NCBI GenBank assembly: GCA_004297545.1
Contig: SCTB01000123.1
Coordinates: 20,630 to 84,629, forward strand
Direction of reading: 5' to 3'
Source of the DNA: Alphaproteobacteria bacterium
GTDB taxonomy: Bacteria; Pseudomonadota; Alphaproteobacteria; Micavibrionales; UBA2020
Length of the DNA: 64,000 bases
Part shown: positions 44,301-52,716 of the stretch, in pieces
Position numbering within the stretch: position 1 is the first letter of the stretch
How the letters are laid out: every line of letters starts with the position of its first letter
The notes under the pieces: generated by a model
What the model was told of the DNA's origin: nothing
What the model saw: the letters and a program-made list of their open reading frames with translations, nothing else
Databases searched by the model: none
Made by a program: the position numbers and the translations under genes

Positions 44301-44379
44301 AATTCATTGCACGGAGTACCCCCACCTTCCCGCGCTTCGCGCGGGCCCCTTCCTCCCTCAAAGGAGAGGAGAAAAAATT

Positions 44380-44603
44380 GTCGTCCCGGACAAGTGAGGC
44401 CGCAGGCCGAACGCTGAGCCGGGATCCAGCAGTTACTCGCGCCGCGAGGCGCTCATCAAAGACGAACCGCTGCGCGGTTCGAATTCACTCCTGGGTCCCG
44501 GGTCGGGCGCTTCCGCCTACGCCAAGGCTTCGGCGGACGAGAAACTCTCGCCCTCCATAGCTTTAGCGAAGGAGGGTCGCGTTGCTCGCTGGCCCGGGAT
44601 GAC
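44380..44603. repeat. Composite multi-hairpin palindromic element (GTCGTCCCGG ... CCCGGGATGAC termini)
   Basis: Termini gtcgtcccggacaagtgagg / ctcgctggcccgggatgac are inverted. Internal hairpins: cgaaccgc-tgc-gcggttcg, tccgcc...ggcgga, ccctcc...ggaggg. Confidence 0.7.
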
Positions 44604-44618
44604 AATGATTTTTGATTA

Positions 44619-44810
44619 TTAGAGAGTCTTCAGAAACATCCGCACGCGCGTGACCGGGGTGCCGTTGCTGTTTCTGGCGAAGAGGACCACGCAGGCGATA
44701 AACACGCCGACCGCGCCGGCCACGACCGAGGCCGCGAAGGCTTTGGAGACGACGCAGCCAGCCATAATGGCAAGCGACATGAGCAGATTGAAGTTGATGC
44801 TGGCGAACAT
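44619..44810 (-). CDS. Possible small two-TM membrane protein (63 aa)
   Basis: GGAG 8 nt upstream. MFASINFNLLMSLAIMAGCVVSKAFAASVVAGAVGVFIACVVLFARN.... Confidence 0.4.
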   Translation of the reverse strand: MFASINFNLLMSLAIMAGCVVSKAFAASVVAGAVGVFIACVVLFARNSNGTPVTRVRMFLKTL

Positions 44811-44919
44811 GGTATATCTCCCCGTATTTGGTATCGGAGTACAATGCCGTGAGTCGCGGATTCTGTCAAATGTGAAATTTTAAGAGGTTGGTTTTGTTTG
44901 ATTATTTTCAAAAATTTAC

Positions 44920-45016
44920 GTCACCCCCGCGCAGGCGGGGGACTGGCCGCCGCCGCAAGGCGGCCTTTATAAAGGCGCTTCGCGCGGGCCGGATGCCCGC
45001 CTGAAGCGGGCATGAC
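44920..45016. repeat. Full-length bipartite nested-palindrome element
   Basis: gtcacccccgcgcaggcgggggactggcc...cctttataaagg...gccggatgcccgcctgaagcgggcatgac. Ends 6 nt before the priA stop. Confidence 0.85.
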
Positions 45017-45021
45017 GAAGG

Positions 45022-47235
45022 TTAAAAGAAACTCTGCGGGTCGATATCGACCTTCAGTTGCAATGACGACGGCACTTTGACCGCAGCCAGCCATTCGGCC
45101 AGGTATTTCTGCAGCGGAATCGCCTTGTTCGCCTTGATAAGGAACCGGCGGCGGTGACGGCCGCGCAGGTAGGCCATGGGCGCCGGCGCGGGGCCCAGCA
45201 CGCGGATGTCGTCATACCTCGGCGCTTTCTGCGCAATCGTGCGGCAGAAGAGGTCGAGCTTCATTTCGTCCGCACCCGCGAGAATAAGCGCAGCTAACCT
45301 CCCAAACGGCGGCATCCCGGCCTTTTCGCGTTCGCGCGCTTCCACAGCCAGAAAATCATCGCGGTCGTTTTTCGCCAGCGCGCGTATCACGCTTTGCTCG
45401 GGCATATAGGTCTGCAGATAGACGCGTCCCGGCAGTTCGCCGCGGCCCGCGCGGCCCGAGACCTGGTGCAGCAGCTGAAACGTGCGCTCGCCCGCCCTTA
45501 AATCGCCGCCGGATAATCCCAAATCCGCATCGATCACGCCCACGCAGGTCAGCGCCGGGAAGTGGTGGCCTTTCGCGATGATCTGCGTGCCGATAATCAC
45601 GTCATGCTTGCGATCTTCGATATCGCGTACCGCGCCGCGGATCATATTGGGGCTGGTGATGACATCGCTGGCGAGAATAAACGTGCGCGCGGTCGGCATC
45701 AGCGCCGCGACTTCTTCCTGAATCCTTTCCACGCCGGGGCCGCAGGCGGCGAAACTGTCTGCTTCGTTGCAAGAGGGGCAGGTTTTCGGCACCGGCTGTA
45801 AAAACCCGCAGTGGTGGCATTGCAGGCGCGAAAATCTTTTGTGCTCCACCAGCCAGGCGCTGCACGACGGGCACTGGAAACGAAAGCCGCAGGTGCGGCA
45901 CAGCGTTAAGGGCGCATAGCCGCGGCGGTTCAGGAACAGCAATGACTGTTCGCCCGCCGCGAAAGTTTCCTGCAGCGCTTTTTCCAGCACCGGCGCGATA
46001 AATTTCCCGCGCGCGGGCAGCGCGGATTTCAGGTTGATGACATGGATAGCGGGCATTTTCGCGCCGGCATGCCGCGCGGGGAGTTTCAGGTAATGGTATT
46101 TTCCCTGTTGCGCGTTCACCATGGTTTCCAGCGACGGCGTCGCGGAGACGAGGACGACCGGAAAGCTCCCCAGTCGCGCGCGCACGATCGCCATATCGCG
46201 CGCATTGTACAGCACGCCTTCTTCCTGCTTGTAGGACGCGTCATGTTCTTCATCGACCACAATCGCGCCGAGATTGGCGAAGGGCAAAAACAATGCCGAG
46301 CGCGCGCCGACCACGACTTTGGTTTTTCCTTCCGCCACGCCGGCCCAGGTCACGCGACGCTGCGCCGTGGGTACTTCGGAATGCCAGAGCGCGGGCGCGG
46401 CGCCGAAGCGGCGTTCGAACCGCTCGAGGAACTGGGCGGAGAGGGAAATTTCAGGCAGCAGGATCAGCGCCTGCCGTCCCTGCCGTATCGCCTCCGCCAC
46501 GGCTTCAAAATAAACTTCAGTCTTGCCGGAACCCGTCACGCCATCCAGCAGCACGGTGGAAAATTTGTTTTCGCCCGCCAGCTTGCGCAAGGCATCGGCG
46601 GCGGATTGCTGGTCTTTCGAAAACGACAGCGCGCTGTCGCCCGTGTCAACCTCGCGGCAGGGCGCTGGCGCGGAAACCGGGCGTATCATCAATTGCCCCG
46701 CCGCCGCCATGGAGCGGATGAGGGCCGCGCTGCAGCCCGCTTCCCGCGCGATATCGACGGCGCGGCGCGGCAGCCCGTCCTTCAGCAGGTTGACGATTTT
46801 CTGGCGCGCGGCGGGAAGTTTTTCGGGGATGTTTTCGTTCAGCGTATAGGCATTGGCCGATTTGGGCGGCTGCAGCGCTTCGGGTGCGCTTAAGGACATC
46901 TTGAGCACCGAGCCGAGGTCGGACATGGTGTAACGCGCGACCCATTCGAGGAACTGCCGGTGCGTCTGCGGCATCGCCTCGAAGGCATATTTCTGCTGCA
47001 CATGCTTGAGTTTCGCGGGGTCCACATTATCTTTGCCATCCAGCGTCCAGACGACGCCGGGCGTGTCCCGCCTGCCAAGGGGAACCCTTACATAATCTCC
47101 GGGCTGCGCTTCCATGCCGTCGGGCAGGAGGTAATCGTAAGCCCTTGATAAAGGATAGGGGACCAGCACCTGCGCCCGTCTGCCGGATTTGGGCGTTTCG
47201 CCCGCTATTAAAAGGCTAGATTGGGACATGGCCAT
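45022..47235 (-). CDS. priA: Primosomal protein N' (replication restart helicase PriA)
   Basis: Walker A LLDGVTGSGKTEVY, DEEH box (VVDEEHD), Cys-rich zinc region (CRTCGFRFQCPSCSAWLVEHK...CHHCG). 737 aa. Confidence 0.95.
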   Translation of the reverse strand: MAMSQSSLLIAGETPKSGRRAQVLVPYPLSRAYDYLLPDGMEAQPGDYVRVPLGRRDTPGVVWTLDGKDNVDPAKLKHVQQKYAFEAMPQTHRQFLEWVARYTMSDLGSVLKMSLSAPEALQPPKSANAYTLNENIPEKLPAARQKIVNLLKDGLPRRAVDIAREAGCSAALIRSMAAAGQLMIRPVSAPAPCREVDTGDSALSFSKDQQSAADALRKLAGENKFSTVLLDGVTGSGKTEVYFEAVAEAIRQGRQALILLPEISLSAQFLERFERRFGAAPALWHSEVPTAQRRVTWAGVAEGKTKVVVGARSALFLPFANLGAIVVDEEHDASYKQEEGVLYNARDMAIVRARLGSFPVVLVSATPSLETMVNAQQGKYHYLKLPARHAGAKMPAIHVINLKSALPARGKFIAPVLEKALQETFAAGEQSLLFLNRRGYAPLTLCRTCGFRFQCPSCSAWLVEHKRFSRLQCHHCGFLQPVPKTCPSCNEADSFAACGPGVERIQEEVAALMPTARTFILASDVITSPNMIRGAVRDIEDRKHDVIIGTQIIAKGHHFPALTCVGVIDADLGLSGGDLRAGERTFQLLHQVSGRAGRGELPGRVYLQTYMPEQSVIRALAKNDRDDFLAVEAREREKAGMPPFGRLAALILAGADEMKLDLFCRTIAQKAPRYDDIRVLGPAPAPMAYLRGRHRRRFLIKANKAIPLQKYLAEWLAAVKVPSSLQLKVDIDPQSFF

Positions 47236-47287
47236 TGGGTACTATAATCCAGCTTTAAAAGATAGGCCTTGAAGAGGGAAAACAGCC

Positions 47288-47953
47288 ATGAAATTTTTTG
47301 TCGACACCGCAGATATTGCCGAAATCAAGGACTTAGCCGCCACCGGATTGCTGGACGGCGTGACGACCAACCCGTCGCTGGTGGCCGCTTCGGGAAAGAA
47401 TTTCCTGAAACTCATCGAGGAAGTCTGCCATGTGGTCAAAGGGCCGGTCTCAGCCGAAGTCGCCGCCACCGATTACGCGACCATGCTGAAGGAAGGCCAG
47501 AAGCTGGCCAAGATTGCAAAAAACGTCGCCGTGAAAGTGCCGCTGACGCCCGACGGATTGAAAGTCTGCAAGGCGCTCTCCGACAACGGCACGATGGTGA
47601 ACGTGACGCTGTGCTTCTCCGCCGCGCAGGCGATACTCGCCGCCAAGGCGGGCGCCGCGTTTATTTCGCCCTTCGTGGGACGCCTTGATGACGTGGGCCA
47701 GGACGGCATGGTGCTGATCCGCGATATCGTGCAGATATACAAAGCTTACCCCGCGTTCAAGACTGAAGTTCTCGTCGCCTCCGTGCGCCATCCGATCCAC
47801 CTCGTCGAGGCGGCGAAAATGGGCGCGCATGTGGCGACTATCCCGCCCAAGGTTATCCGCCAGCTGTACTCGCACCCGCTGACCGACAAGGGCCTCGCCG
47901 CCTTCGTCGCCGACTGGCAGAAGACCGGCCAGACCATCCTGGATGCCGCATGA
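47288..47953 (+). CDS. tal: Transaldolase / fructose-6-phosphate aldolase (short, family 3B)
   Basis: [31 protein letters not shown], ...VKVPLT..G, ...[11 protein letters not shown]. Confidence 0.9.
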   Translation: MKFFVDTADIAEIKDLAATGLLDGVTTNPSLVAASGKNFLKLIEEVCHVVKGPVSAEVAATDYATMLKEGQKLAKIAKNVAVKVPLTPDGLKVCKALSDNGTMVNVTLCFSAAQAILAAKAGAAFISPFVGRLDDVGQDGMVLIRDIVQIYKAYPAFKTEVLVASVRHPIHLVEAAKMGAHVATIPPKVIRQLYSHPLTDKGLAAFVADWQKTGQTILDAA

Positions 47954-48642
47954 CCGCAGCGAAGAAAGACCTTTCCGAAGAAGACGTCATCGCCTTCCTG
48001 AAGAAGAAGAAGAACTTTTTCCGCGACCACCCGGAAGTGCTGGAGCATCTCGACGCGCCGGGGCAGAAACATGGCAAGGGCGTGGTCGATTTCCAGCAGG
48101 CGCTTGTCGAGCGTCTGAAGGCCGACAAGAGCGCCGCGCACAAGGTGCAGAAAGAGCTCATCGAAACTTTCCGCGCCAATATGAACAACCAGAACCGCAT
48201 CCAGACCGCGGTGCTGGTCATTCTTGAGGCCGAGACCTTCGAGGAATTTATCGAGACCATGACGCAGGACCTGCCCGTGCTGCTCGATGTGGATACCGTA
48301 AACCTTGTCATCGAGGCGACGTCGAAGGAAGTGCCCTTCATCAACCAGTCGGGCATCCGTTTCGCGCGGCAGGGCTTCGTCAAGCAGTGGCTCGGCACCG
48401 GCGATGCGCTGTTGCAATCCAACATCAACGGGCATGAAGACGTTTTCGGCCCCGGCGCGGGGCTGGTGAAAAGCCATGCGCTGCTGCGCCTTGAAATCAG
48501 CCCGAATACGCCCGCCGGCATTATCGCCTTCGGCTCCCGCGACCCGGAAGCCTTCGGCCCCGAACAGGCCATCGACCAGATCGGCTTCCTCGCCCAGGTC
48601 GTGGAGCGCTGCTTCCGCATATGGCTGGACGTGACGGTTTAA
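47950..48642 (+). CDS. DUF484 family protein
   Basis: [27 protein letters not shown]-terminus and a GAF-like C-terminus. Conserved position upstream of xerC. Confidence 0.8.
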   Translation: MTAAKKDLSEEDVIAFLKKKKNFFRDHPEVLEHLDAPGQKHGKGVVDFQQALVERLKADKSAAHKVQKELIETFRANMNNQNRIQTAVLVILEAETFEEFIETMTQDLPVLLDVDTVNLVIEATSKEVPFINQSGIRFARQGFVKQWLGTGDALLQSNINGHEDVFGPGAGLVKSHALLRLEISPNTPAGIIAFGSRDPEAFGPEQAIDQIGFLAQVVERCFRIWLDVTV

Positions 48643-48667
48643 GTCCAGTTATAATCACTTTATAGGC

Positions 48668-48765
48668 GTCATGCCCGCGAAGGCGGGCATCCGGCACACG
48701 GCAACGCCGCATTGATAAAAGCGCACTTTCGTGCGCTGCCAGACCCCCGCCTTCGCGGGGGTGAC
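48668..48765. repeat. Full-length bipartite nested-palindrome element (inverted orientation)
   Basis: gtcatgcccgcgaaggcgggcatccggc...attgataaaagc...ccagacccccgccttcgcgggggtgac. Confidence 0.85.
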
Positions 48766-48780
48766 GTCGAGGGGAAAGAC

Positions 48781-49728
48781 GTGAACGAAACGACACCCAT
48801 CTCCGCCGCTGCCGACCTCTCGGAAAAATTCGACGCGTGGGTAAACTACCTCACCCACGAAAAGCGTTTCTCGAAACACACCCTGCGCGCATACATCGCG
48901 GACCTGCATTATTTCTTCGAATTCATGACAAGACATCTGGGCAGGCCGCCGTCGATGAACGACCTGGGCGATATCCGGTTGCAGGATTTCCGCAGCTGGC
49001 TGACCAAGAAGATGGTCGAGGGCTCCGGCGCCGCGACGCGCTCGCGGTCGCTGTCCAGCGTGCGGAATTTCATGACATGGCTGGACAAGAACGGCTATCT
49101 GCATAACCCGGCCATCGGCAATATCCGCACCCCCAAGCTGCCCAAAAAACTGCCGCGGCCCTTGTCGCCGGATCACGCCAAAAACGTCATCGCGCATGCG
49201 GATGAAATTCCGAAGGAAGAAAACCACTGGACCGGCCTGCGCGACCGGGCGCTGTTCATGCTGCTCTACGGCTGCGGATTGCGCATCGACGAGGCCTTGA
49301 AACTGAATTACGGTACGCGCCCGCAGCAGGGCGAAGTGCGCGTGATGGGCAAGGGCTCGAAGGAGCGCATGGTGCCCGTCATTCCCGTCGTCGACCGGAT
49401 GATGGGCGAATATATCGCCGCCTGCCCCTTCCCCTTCGAACGCGACACGCCGCTGTTCATGGGCGCGCGCGGCAAGCGGTTGAACCAGGGCGTCGCCCAG
49501 CGCGACATGCGCAATCTGCGCAAGTCTATCGGCCTGCCCGAAAGCGTGACGCCCCATGCGCTGCGCCATAGTTTTGCCACCCATATTTTGATCAACGGAG
49601 GCGACCTGCGCACGATTCAGGAACTTCTCGGCCATGCTTCAGTTTCAACCACCCAGCGCTATACGGATTTCGACAACGCACAGTTGATGCAGATCTACAT
49701 GAAGGCTCACCCCCGCGCGAAAAGCTAA
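48781..49728 (+). CDS. xerC: Tyrosine recombinase XerC
   Basis: LRAYIADLHYFF core-binding domain. Catalytic R...HALRHSFATHIL..G.DLRTIQELLGHASVSTTQRYT. Start set to GTG 48781 to exclude the translated repeat. Confidence 0.85.
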   Translation: MNETTPISAAADLSEKFDAWVNYLTHEKRFSKHTLRAYIADLHYFFEFMTRHLGRPPSMNDLGDIRLQDFRSWLTKKMVEGSGAATRSRSLSSVRNFMTWLDKNGYLHNPAIGNIRTPKLPKKLPRPLSPDHAKNVIAHADEIPKEENHWTGLRDRALFMLLYGCGLRIDEALKLNYGTRPQQGEVRVMGKGSKERMVPVIPVVDRMMGEYIAACPFPFERDTPLFMGARGKRLNQGVAQRDMRNLRKSIGLPESVTPHALRHSFATHILINGGDLRTIQELLGHASVSTTQRYTDFDNAQLMQIYMKAHPRAKS

Positions 49729-49755
49729 AGATTTTAATAGCTTGGGCATTATTTA

Positions 49756-49784
49756 TTGACATAATATTCTGATAAAGGTATAAC
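49756..49784 (+). promoter_or_regulatory. Sigma70-like promoter candidate for the thermonuclease gene
   Basis: TTGACA (49756-61), 17 nt, TATAAC (49779-84), 28 nt upstream of ATG 49812. Confidence 0.4.
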
Positions 49785-49811
49785 TTCCTGACACTGGAAG
49801 GCCTTCAAATC

Positions 49812-50624
49812 ATGGAACTATCCGCCAAAAAACTGTCCGTTATTTTCACGATCGCCGCCAGTCTGGGCGGCGTCATTGGCGGCACAGCCGTGTATGAACT
49901 CACCGCCCCCACACCCGTCACGCAGACGCAGCGCAGGGATACCGGTTCGACGCGCGTGAAGGTCGCGAACGACAGTGGCCCGGCGGTCGAAGCGGAAGTT
50001 TTGAAGGCGGAGGGCAACGATATCACCGTGCGCGCCCATACCTGGGTCGGGCAGTTCACGATCGCGAGCGTCAATCCGAAATCCGCCGCGGCGAAGACCA
50101 GCCATTACGCGGCCGACATCACCGACGCCGCGGGTAACCTCGTCACCGGCGTACAAAAAGGCCAGGTTGTCTATCTGCACGGCCTCGAGGAAACATCCGG
50201 CGCGGGCTTCGCAGTGACCACCGAAATTCCAAACTTGCGCCCGCGCAGCGACGTCGTGGCCGGCCCTATCCGCGCCCATGTGGTAAAAGTCGTCGACGGC
50301 GACACCTTCCAGGTCATAGCCGAAATCTGGAAGGGCACTTTCGTGCTGACCGACATTCGCGTGAACGGCATCGACACGCCCGAGAAAAAAGGCCGCGCGA
50401 AATGCGCGCATGAAGCCCAGCTGGCTGAACAGGCGAGCGCCGCAACCAGGGCCCTTATCGACGGCAAGGACGTGCTGCTCTATAACGTCCAGTACGAAAA
50501 ATACGGCGGCCGCGTGCTGGGCGACGCAAAAACCACGGACGGCACCAGCGTGGCCGACAATCTCGTCAACAAAAGCCTCGCCAAACCCTATGATGGCGGC
50601 ACCAAATCGTCGTGGTGCAAATAA
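49812..50624 (+). CDS. Membrane-anchored thermonuclease (staphylococcal nuclease, SNase-like) family protein
   Basis: N-terminal TM segment. C-terminal VVDGDTFQV...IRVNGIDTPEKKG.AKC..E...A..A...L...K.V....V.YEKYGGRVLGD...DG.SV...LV...LAKPYDGG. Confidence 0.75.
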   Translation: MELSAKKLSVIFTIAASLGGVIGGTAVYELTAPTPVTQTQRRDTGSTRVKVANDSGPAVEAEVLKAEGNDITVRAHTWVGQFTIASVNPKSAAAKTSHYAADITDAAGNLVTGVQKGQVVYLHGLEETSGAGFAVTTEIPNLRPRSDVVAGPIRAHVVKVVDGDTFQVIAEIWKGTFVLTDIRVNGIDTPEKKGRAKCAHEAQLAEQASAATRALIDGKDVLLYNVQYEKYGGRVLGDAKTTDGTSVADNLVNKSLAKPYDGGTKSSWCK

Positions 50625-50628
50625 TTTC

Positions 50629-51597
50629 CTAGAATTTTATTTTGACCTTGCCGGCGCGCTCTTTGAGCGTGCGCTGGTTGAGTCCCGCGACGACGCCGGC
50701 GAAGTCTTCTTCGGTCATGCCGCTCATCTTGCGGACGGCGGGCGGGATTTTGTCCCAGGCCTGCTGCACATCGGCGATCGTGCCGGGCCAGAGGTCGGGG
50801 TCGAACAGTTTGGTGAGCGCGCCGTATTCGGCGGCGAGCACGCCGAGCGGGCGCTGCTGGCGGTCCTTCAGCTCGCTTAAGTCCGATGTCGTCAGGTGGT
50901 CTCCGGTTTCCTTCATGCGCGCCACGACCTGCGACACGCAATTCATTTTAACCGCGCGGATAAATGCGGACTCGCCCGTGTCGCTGTAATTCGCGCGCAG
51001 GAAATTCCGCGTCGCGTTATTCTGCAGCTCGAACAAAAAAGCCTCGCGCTGGCGGTTCATTTCGACGGCGAGGTATTCGACGACCGGCGCGTATTTCTCG
51101 CTGGCCGCCAGCTCGGCCGCGCTGCCGCGCATCGCGAAAAGGTCCGCCTTGTTCTGCGCCAGCGCCTGCACGATTTCAAGATGCCCGTTATAGGCCGCCT
51201 GCCGCAAAGCCTGGTCGTCCGCGATATGCGGATCGGCCTTGTGCGCGAGCAGCGATTTCGCGACCGCCGCAAAGCCTTTCGTCGCGGACTGGATAAGGGG
51301 ATCGCCGTCCTGCGCGTCGGGATTGGCGCCGAGTTCCAGCAATTTTTCTGCCACCACCGCCCGGCCGTTCTTGGCCGCCGCGCGCAGGGCCTCGTCGTTC
51401 AGCGCATGCACATTCGCCCCGGCGTCATTCACCAGAAATTCGATCATGCCGATATGCGCGGCCTTGGCGGCGCTGCGCAGGGCCATGTCGAAATTGTGGT
51501 GGACGTCCGCGCCCGCCGCAATCGCGGTTTTCGCGGCTTCGATATCGCCTTTCATCGCGGCATCGTTCAGCGACAGGTTTGTTTTCTCGTCGGCCAT
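50629..51597 (-). CDS. Ankyrin-repeat protein with non-ANK C-terminal domain
   Basis: ANK repeats (DMALRSAAKAAHIGMIEFLVNDAGANVH; DEALRAAAKNGRAVVAEKLLELGANPD; DQALRQAAYNGHLEIVQALAQNKADL). Its ATG directly abuts the xthA stop (TAAATG). Confidence 0.8.
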   Translation of the reverse strand: MADEKTNLSLNDAAMKGDIEAAKTAIAAGADVHHNFDMALRSAAKAAHIGMIEFLVNDAGANVHALNDEALRAAAKNGRAVVAEKLLELGANPDAQDGDPLIQSATKGFAAVAKSLLAHKADPHIADDQALRQAAYNGHLEIVQALAQNKADLFAMRGSAAELAASEKYAPVVEYLAVEMNRQREAFLFELQNNATRNFLRANYSDTGESAFIRAVKMNCVSQVVARMKETGDHLTTSDLSELKDRQQRPLGVLAAEYGALTKLFDPDLWPGTIADVQQAWDKIPPAVRKMSGMTEEDFAGVVAGLNQRTLKERAGKVKIKF

Positions 51598-52401
51598 TTA
51601 TGCCTCCTTCAGATCAAGCACGACCGGCACATGGTCGGAGGGTTGCGTCCAGCCGCGCACGTCGCGCAGAATCTGCTGTTTCTGCAATGCGGGTTTTAGT
51701 TTCTGCGTGACCCAGATGTGGTCGAGACGCCGGCCCCGGTCCGATGTATCCCAGTCGGCCGCGCGATAGCTCCACCACGAATAGAGTTTTTTATCTTCCG
51801 GCACGAAATGCCGTACGCCGTCGACCCAATCGACCCCTTCATAAAACCGCTTGAATTTCTCGACCTCGATGGGCGTATGGGAAACAACCTTCAGCATCTT
51901 CTTGTGGTCCCAGACGTCGTTTTCGAGCGGCGCGATGTTGAAATCGCCGACCGCCACCATCGGCGCCTTTGCCGAACGCTCTTTCGGGAACCATTTCGCG
52001 AGCTCATCGACGAAATCAAGCTTGTGCCTGAATTTTTCATTCGCCACCGGGTCCGGCTCGTCGCCGCCCGCTGGAACGTAAATGTTATGCAGCTCGAACG
52101 CGCCGGTCTTCGCCTTCACTTTGGCCGAGATATGCCGCATGTCGTTCTTGCCGCAGCGTTGATGCGTCTGCCTGTCATCCAGCGGAATTTTTGAAAAAAT
52201 CGCGACGCCGTTATAGCCCTTCATGCCCGCGAAATGATGATGCGAAAAACCCGCCGAGGTCAGCGGCTCGACCGGAAAAAATTCGTCAGGCGTCTTGGTT
52301 TCCTGCAGGCACAAAATATCCGGCTTCAGCCGGTCGGCCACTTTCAGCACAAGGTCTATCCGCAGGCGGACGGAATTGATGTTCCAGGTGACAAGGCGCA
52401 T
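51598..52401 (-). CDS. xthA: Exodeoxyribonuclease III
   Basis: MRLVTWNINSVRLRIDLV...PDILCLQETK, ...GDFNIAP..., ...SDHVPVVLDL. Confidence 0.9.
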   Translation of the reverse strand: MRLVTWNINSVRLRIDLVLKVADRLKPDILCLQETKTPDEFFPVEPLTSAGFSHHHFAGMKGYNGVAIFSKIPLDDRQTHQRCGKNDMRHISAKVKAKTGAFELHNIYVPAGGDEPDPVANEKFRHKLDFVDELAKWFPKERSAKAPMVAVGDFNIAPLENDVWDHKKMLKVVSHTPIEVEKFKRFYEGVDWVDGVRHFVPEDKKLYSWWSYRAADWDTSDRGRRLDHIWVTQKLKPALQKQQILRDVRGWTQPSDHVPVVLDLKEA

Positions 52402-52716
52402 GTTTATTCCAGCGTTGAATCGGTTTTTGATAATACGGAAAAAGCGGGCAGCAAGGGAAGCGAAAAATAACCCCGTTAATTCTCAGCTATTTCATTGAGA
52501 TAGACGAAAATGCCCCGTCAACAAGCAATCCAGAGGCCCGATTTTCGGGTGAAACGGGCTGAAACGGCAGAGTGCCCGGTTTCAAAAACTTTTCCCCCGG
52601 GCCACCGGTGTTTTTCCGCATAAAAGCAACCTCTTCGCCCTGCGCGTTACAGGGCGTTACACAGAATTACATTGACCGCAGCGGCAGCCCTCGGTCAGAC
52701 TTGTTTTTAAGGCTGA

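Larger units (their letters stand above)
43392..44375. mobile_element. Inverted-repeat-bounded cassette carrying an ankyrin gene and a barstar-like gene (no transposase)
   Basis: Left arm 43392-43458: ttttcctcaccctctgggtgaggaaggggcccgcgccgaaggcgtgggaaggtgggggtactttgtg. Reverse complement of right arm 44310-44375: ttttctcctctcctttgagggaggaaggggcccgcgcgaagcgcgggaaggtgggggtactccgtg. The interior is AT-richer. Confidence 0.75.

Noticed and set aside
43392-44375. Interpretation of the cassette arms as integron attC sites or XerC/D dif-like (pdif module) sites
   Set aside because: No integron integrase or attI is present. The arms flank the cargo on both sides instead of forming one 3' attC. I see no GTTRRRY core or dif-like 11-6-11 layout. 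The xerC gene at 48781 is in its normal housekeeping DUF484 context. The idea is retained only as an analogy in the finding.
44455-44500. tRNA-like T-arm string gcggttcgaattc
   Set aside because: It lies inside the composite palindromic element as a simple hairpin (cgaaccgc-tgc-gcggttcg). No acceptor, D or anticodon arms could be built around it.
44378-44560. 60-aa ORF (SSRTSEAAGRTLSRDPA...) and the N-terminal extensions of htpG (…RPDPRLRGGDE…) and xerC (…LPDPRLRGGDV…)
   Set aside because: These peptides are simply translations of the palindromic repeat elements. The same 'protein' motifs recur wherever the repeat occurs, in either orientation.
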